Positions 35,950 through 40,644 of a DNA stretch of 40,644 nt are shown here, in pieces. Position 1 is the first letter of the stretch; each line of letters starts with the position of its first letter. Origin of the DNA: a virus. Lineage: Duplodnaviria > Caudoviricetes. The notes beneath the pieces are model-generated. The model was not told where the DNA came from, ran no database searches, and worked only from the letters and a program-made list of their open reading frames with translations. A program made the translations under genes and the position numbers. Location: the IMG/VR virus record IMGVR_UViG_3300016672_000186, positions 1 to 40,644 of that record, one strand, 5' to 3'.

Positions 35950-36297
35950 ATGTCCAAACCTACCGATACCGCGCAATTTCTCGACGACCTCAATGGCGGT
36001 GCATTCATCAGCCAAATAGGTCACGCCCTCTCCGAAGTAGCCGCCGGGGTAGTTGATCACGGCAAAGTCGGAAAACTCGTGATCACTCTTGATATCAGCC
36101 CGATTGGCCAATCTCACCAGGTAAAAATCAAACATAAGCTGGCCTACAAGGTGCCCACAAAGTACGGCGAGCTTAACGAAAACACCTGCCTCGACACACC
36201 GATGCATGTCGGTGCCGGCGGCAGCATCACGATGTTCCCCGAAAAGCACGACCAGCTATTCAATCGAGAAGAAGCACCAATCACCCCGCGCACATAA
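35950..36297 (+). CDS. YfdP-like conserved prophage protein
   Basis: FLDDLNGG...ALSEVA.GV...TPMHV; directly upstream of DUF2303. Confidence 0.7.
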   Translation: MSKPTDTAQFLDDLNGGAFISQIGHALSEVAAGVVDHGKVGKLVITLDISPIGQSHQVKIKHKLAYKVPTKYGELNENTCLDTPMHVGAGGSITMFPEKHDQLFNREEAPITPRT

Positions 36298-36322
36298 TCC
36301 CACTCACAAAGAGTTTTGAACC

Positions 36323-37138
36323 ATGTCCCTCAGCTCAGAAGCAATTCAGTTAATTACCGACACAGCCCTTGTGGCCGCAGGCAAAGCGCTGTTGACCCAC
36401 ACACCAACTGCCATCCTGCCTGAAGGCGCGAAAGTGGTTGATCTGGAAAAGTACCAGGCGGGCCGCAGCCGTTTCCGTGGCGTACTGGCCACCAACTCGC
36501 TGGTTGATTTCAGCGCCTACGTCACAGAGCGCGCCATTGAAGGCGCTCGTGGCTTTATCAATCAAGACGACATGACCTGCACACTGATCTTCAACTTGGG
36601 CACTGATATTGCACCCGGCCACGCTGATGACCGCGCAGTGCTGCGGCTAAAGCCATCGGCAGGCTACAAGGCAGCTCAAGAAATCCCTGGCCGGGCCATG
36701 TCGCAGAAAGACCTCAGCGACTGGATCGAAGACTGGAATGCATCCCTAACAGCTACCGACGAGGCTGGCCAGCCCATGAGCATCGTCAAAGCTATCGCGG
36801 CGGTGCGTACCATAACCATCAAAGCGTCATCAGAAAGTGACCATGCCGTCAGCGAAACCCGCACCAGCCGTAGTGCAATGGACCAGATCGAAGCCACCAG
36901 TAAAGAGACCTTGCCGGCTGCGCTGGTGTTCTCGGTGGTGCCTTACGAAGGATTGACCGAGCGCAACATCAGCCTGCGTTTGTCCGTTCTCACCAGCGGC
37001 GCACAGCCGATGTTAAAACTTCGCTGGGTCGGTGAAGAGGCTCAGCGAGAAGAAATCGCGCAAGAATTCAAGTCAGCTCTTTATGTGCAAGTTGGACAGA
37101 CAGCCAATTTAAAACTTGGTACTTTCGATACAAAGTAA
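36323..37138 (+). CDS. DUF2303 / YfdQ family protein
   Basis: RSRFRG...FNLG...GHAD...SQKDLSDWIEDW...PYEGL. Confidence 0.85.
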   Translation: MSLSSEAIQLITDTALVAAGKALLTHTPTAILPEGAKVVDLEKYQAGRSRFRGVLATNSLVDFSAYVTERAIEGARGFINQDDMTCTLIFNLGTDIAPGHADDRAVLRLKPSAGYKAAQEIPGRAMSQKDLSDWIEDWNASLTATDEAGQPMSIVKAIAAVRTITIKASSESDHAVSETRTSRSAMDQIEATSKETLPAALVFSVVPYEGLTERNISLRLSVLTSGAQPMLKLRWVGEEAQREEIAQEFKSALYVQVGQTANLKLGTFDTK

Positions 37139-37420
37139 CAAGCAGTTCCTTTAAGCTACCACGCAAATAACCACACAATCCACCACTAACTTACTTCATC
37201 CAAACCAAGCAGAACACTTTCAAACAACCAAGATAGACGAAAGCTTTATGACCCACCATAACACTCCGACCACCGCCTCTGTGCTTTTCAGAAAACGCGC
37301 CGAAACGACAGCTATAGAAATAAAAAACGGCCCAATATAAACAAACATAGACACCGCACAATTTAATTGCGAAAACATCTTTGACAAACCTAAACCTAAC
37401 TAACCTTTGTGCAGATATGA

Positions 37421-37454
37421 AAAACAGGGCCACCCACTAGCAGTGGCGGCCCTT
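37421..37454 (-). terminator. Terminator-like hairpin ending the DUF262-HEPN operon
   Basis: AGGGCC..CCACT/AGTGG..GGCCCT stem followed by GTTTTTC on the minus strand. Confidence 0.55.
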
Positions 37455-37485
37455 TAAGGGAACTATAAATTACAATTTATATTAA

Positions 37486-38025
37486 TCACGGAACAAAAGG
37501 AATATCATCCGCCAGCGCACCTTCTTCGACCGCTGGACTCAGAAGCGGATCTGCAGGCTTGGCGGATATAAAAATAGCTGATTTAACTACAGCCAAAAAT
37601 CCTATGGACGCCTCCAAAATCTTTTCCAGCTCCTTAAAAGTTATTTTCGCCCCATTACTATGCGCGACTTCATGCCTGTTAGAAACCGCATTACCGTAAA
37701 GAGTAACCATTTCGTCAGCTACGTTAGCATTAAGATATTCTTTAGCTTCCACGCTAAAAAAACCTAAAAAACCTGACACTTCAGCCTTACCTACACTCCT
37801 TAAACATTTCTTGCCAGTAGTAATGGCAAAGTTCTTAAGGTCATTATCTGCAGACGCCTCCAACCTCGACTCTAGTATCTGATATATCGACTGCTGAATT
37901 TCAGCACAAAGTATCACCAAAACATGCTGTGTAAGATACGACTCGATTGATGTATTCCAAGCATCCGAAGCTTCCAGATGCGTTCTACAGTCAACTAAGG
38001 CAACACTCGTTCTCAAAAGCTCCAT
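37486..38025 (-). CDS. HEPN-family RNase (RiboL-PSP-HEPN-like)
   Basis: Helical; conserved E in LCAEIQ; Rx4H motif RHEVAH; starts 2 nt after the DUF262 stop. Confidence 0.75.
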   Translation of the reverse strand: MELLRTSVALVDCRTHLEASDAWNTSIESYLTQHVLVILCAEIQQSIYQILESRLEASADNDLKNFAITTGKKCLRSVGKAEVSGFLGFFSVEAKEYLNANVADEMVTLYGNAVSNRHEVAHSNGAKITFKELEKILEASIGFLAVVKSAIFISAKPADPLLSPAVEEGALADDIPFVP

Positions 38026-38027
38026 GC

Positions 38028-39083
38028 TCAGCCCCTGATATATTTAAAGGCTTTAGTGAAACGTAGCATGAGTGTTTTAGAGTCACTAGTATTTATTGTC
38101 GCTGCCGCTATATACGATGAATCAGAAAGAAGCGCGAGGTACCGTTCGCCAATATCATCAGGGATAACATCTAAACTTGCCACAGCTGAAAATACTGAGT
38201 CTAATACCGCATAATTCATAGGGCCGCGTATATGAAATGGCTTTTCGCCAAAATGCTGCACAATAGCATCTACAGTTCTTGAAAAATCAGCCTCAACCCT
38301 TGCTAAAAATGACACTCTATCTGAATCAGACATGCGATTAACATGAGAAACAAAGCTGTTTAAAAACGTCTTCATCGGTTTCTCATAAGCATTCCAGCGG
38401 TACTGCAAAGAAATAAGCCGCAAAACTAATTCAGTATCCCGCAACCGCTTATCAAGAAGCGGTTTCGAGAGAATTATCCGCCATGATGAATTCTCATTAA
38501 GCCGTTCTAGGAACCCTATAAACTCGCCATAATAAACACAGCGCCTAATCTCCATTGCATTAAGGTTTATACCGCCAGTATTAAGCCTTTCAAATATTCG
38601 ATAAATACTTGAATCATCAGCAGGATCTAGCTGCTGAATAACAGTTGCTCTTAAGACAGTGTCATCAAGAAGATACCTATCCCCCTCATCAAGCTCATCA
38701 TAGGTTTTATTATTCCATTTCGAATGAACATTGGTTAATCGGAAAATCTTCTCATCAAAGCGATTATTAAAAAATCTTATTGCCGACATTATACGTTGCT
38801 GGCCGTCAACGATAGAAAGCTTATTAGAATTCCTAACCTTATATAGAAATACTCCAGGAACTGGCAACCCCAACAAAAAAGACTCAATAAGCTTACTTGC
38901 CTTCCTTTGATCCCAAACATAATTCCTTTGGAACTCAGGTATCACTAGCTGCTCTGTTTTATTCTTATCCAAATAACCGCGAAGAGTAATATCAGCAGGA
39001 TAATTAGAAATTTGATACACAGTAGACTCAATCTCGTCATCTGCATCCTCTAACTTTTCCACATCCCAATCATCATTTTCCAT
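38028..39083 (-). CDS. DUF262 (ParB/GmrS-like) protein
   Basis: IPEFQRNYVW, LIESFLLGLPVP, IVDGQQR, IFERLNTGG; AT-rich. Confidence 0.9.
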   Translation of the reverse strand: MENDDWDVEKLEDADDEIESTVYQISNYPADITLRGYLDKNKTEQLVIPEFQRNYVWDQRKASKLIESFLLGLPVPGVFLYKVRNSNKLSIVDGQQRIMSAIRFFNNRFDEKIFRLTNVHSKWNNKTYDELDEGDRYLLDDTVLRATVIQQLDPADDSSIYRIFERLNTGGINLNAMEIRRCVYYGEFIGFLERLNENSSWRIILSKPLLDKRLRDTELVLRLISLQYRWNAYEKPMKTFLNSFVSHVNRMSDSDRVSFLARVEADFSRTVDAIVQHFGEKPFHIRGPMNYAVLDSVFSAVASLDVIPDDIGERYLALLSDSSYIAAATINTSDSKTLMLRFTKAFKYIRG

Positions 39084-39110
39084 ATTTAAACCCCCTTCCA
39101 TAAAGGCGAT

Positions 39111-39139
39111 GTGATATCACGACAAGCCTGAATCTGCAA
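39111..39139 (-). promoter_or_regulatory. Putative promoter of the DUF262-HEPN operon
   Basis: TTGCAG-17 bp-TATCAC with an extended TG. Confidence 0.55.
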
Positions 39140-39274
39140 GAACCTATCCACACCCTATCGCATTCTCACCCCAATCCAAGTTCAACAATTATCGGGGCAT
39201 AGGAAAACTCATGCCCACAAAACCAGCCCCCCTCATAAATATCTCAGCGCCCCACCCGGGGAAAGGAATCAGAC

Positions 39275-39508
39275 ATGGCTAAAGTCATTGCTCAGATCAC
39301 TGCTCGCCTCCCTCGTTTGATGGAGGTCAGCGAGTACCGAAAATTACGTTACGCCGGCGGCAAGCCCAGCGTGCAACAACTAAAGAAATGGATAGAGGAC
39401 GGCGAAGTGTTGGGAGAGGTAAAAGGCGGAATGTATTTTGTAGACCTGCAGGCCGCAATCATGGGCTCGAACGATCCACTGCTCGCTCAGATGCTGGAGC
39501 TTGGGTAA
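39275..39508 (+). CDS. xis: Excisionase-like winged-HTH protein
   Basis: PSVQQLKKWIEDG...GGMYFVD; its stop overlaps the int start (TAATG). Confidence 0.75.
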   Translation: MAKVIAQITARLPRLMEVSEYRKLRYAGGKPSVQQLKKWIEDGEVLGEVKGGMYFVDLQAAIMGSNDPLLAQMLELG

Positions 39509-40644
39509 TGGCTTCCCGGCCTCGCAGCATCAAGAACCGCAAGCTTCCTCCCAACCTCTACCCCAACGGCAAATACTGGCGGTACCGCAATCCCATCACC
39601 GGCCTGATGACCAGCATTAACCGCCCGCTGGAAGACGCTATCAAGCTGGCCAGAGCTGCCAACGCAAAGCTGGCCCCTGTGATGGCCGGTGACGGTGAGT
39701 TGCTCATGATCCTGACAGGCGATCGCCTGCCCACGATGCGCAACCTGGTCGAACGCTTTGAGGCCGAATGGTTGAAAGATCGCGGCTATGCCGCCCGTAC
39801 CCTGGTAGAGATCCAGTTCAAGCTTGAGCGCTACCGACAGGACTTGGGAGATCAACTGATCGGCCAGCTCGACGTGCTTACCGTCGCGGAGTACCTGGAC
39901 GGCTTCAGCAACAACGCTTACACCAAGCACCGCGGCCTGCTTATCCAGATCTTTGCCTTCGCGGTGGCCAAGGGTTTGGCTGAGCGCAACGTGGCCGAGC
40001 TGACGCTGATCAAAAAGGAAGCAGAGAAGAAGCGTCAGCGACACACGCTGGCGGGCCTGATGACGATTGTGGACGCGGATACCACACCACTCTGGTTGAA
40101 ACGCGCCATCCGCCTGGCGCTGGCCAGCCTGCAGCGGCGTGACGATATCGTTTCGTGGCTCAAGTCCGCAGTCGACCTTGAGAACAACACGATCAAGGTT
40201 TCGCCCGGTAAGACTCAGGGCTATGACAACCCCATTCACCTGCAGATCAAAATGGGCAAGGCTCTACGAGAGGTTGTGAGCGAATGTCTGCGCTCCCCTG
40301 TGGCTTCGCCCTACCTGATTCATTACAGGCCCAAGGCGAGAAGGCGTGAGCAGATAGACGCCAAGGATCACTGGACCTCAGTCACCCCGAACTATCTGAG
40401 CAACGAGTTCAGCAAGGCCCGGGACGCGGCGCATGCGTATGACCACATCCCAGCAACTGAGCGGCCCACCTTTCACGAGATACGCGCTTTAGGTGCTTGG
40501 TTGTACGAGCAGCAGAACTTCCCGCAGGAATATATCCAGGCGCTGATGGGCCACGCGGACGCGAAGATGACCAAACACTATCAGGATGGGCACACAGAGA
40601 AAGGTATCGAGTACCTGGAGGTGGGAGCTGATTTGGCGTTCTGA
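39508..40644 (+). CDS. int: Phage integrase (lambda-type tyrosine recombinase)
   Basis: LPPNLY arm domain, LQRRDDI, GKT, TFHEIRAL, LMGH, TKHYQD. Confidence 0.93.
   Translation: MASRPRSIKNRKLPPNLYPNGKYWRYRNPITGLMTSINRPLEDAIKLARAANAKLAPVMAGDGELLMILTGDRLPTMRNLVERFEAEWLKDRGYAARTLVEIQFKLERYRQDLGDQLIGQLDVLTVAEYLDGFSNNAYTKHRGLLIQIFAFAVAKGLAERNVAELTLIKKEAEKKRQRHTLAGLMTIVDADTTPLWLKRAIRLALASLQRRDDIVSWLKSAVDLENNTIKVSPGKTQGYDNPIHLQIKMGKALREVVSECLRSPVASPYLIHYRPKARRREQIDAKDHWTSVTPNYLSNEFSKARDAAHAYDHIPATERPTFHEIRALGAWLYEQQNFPQEYIQALMGHADAKMTKHYQDGHTEKGIEYLEVGADLAF

Larger units (their letters stand above)
1683..40644. mobile_element. Lambdoid prophage (HK97-like head, lambda-like tail); left boundary uncertain, att not in window
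   Basis: Complete ordered modules for integration, immunity, replication, packaging, tail and lysis. Confidence 0.93.

Noticed and set aside
37191-37433. 80-aa minus ORF in the AT-rich gap
   Set aside because: Starts inside the terminator hairpin, has no RBS, and its composition reflects strand skew
1-40644. tRNA, rRNA, CRISPR array, IS element, attL/attR direct repeat
   Set aside because: None recognised by eye; the window ends at the int stop, so att pairing cannot be tested

Overview
The window is almost entirely one apparently intact lambdoid prophage, most likely from Pseudomonas (inferred from gene families and the GC-rich core). The integrase ends on the last base, so the att site is not visible. 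From right to left it carries int/xis; an AT-rich DUF262 + HEPN two-gene cassette inserted antisense in the pL operon; yfdP/yfdQ-like genes; a CsrA/RsmA homologue; a LuxR-type HTH gene; and a cI/cro switch with five readable 15-bp operators and a leaderless cI. Next come an initiator with five internal iterons, DnaB, a second P4-type tyrosine recombinase between DnaB and Q, then Q, a GvpU-like moron and a dual-start holin. The structural block is HNH, cos, terminases, an HK97-type head and a lambda-type tail (G/GT -1 frameshift, tape measure, M, L, K, I, J, short fibre and chaperones), followed by a GH19 endolysin and Rz/Rz1. The left end holds plus-strand cargo (Zn-ribbon + DUF4145/HEPN, a lipoprotein, and a large AT-rich PD-(D/E)xK nuclease whose 3' end overlaps Rz), then degraded and truncated ORFs. 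The best leads are the candidate anti-phage cargo, its consistent antisense placement against lytic operons, and the second recombinase with a core-site-like inverted repeat in its own 3' end. All family calls come from reading motifs; no searches were run.
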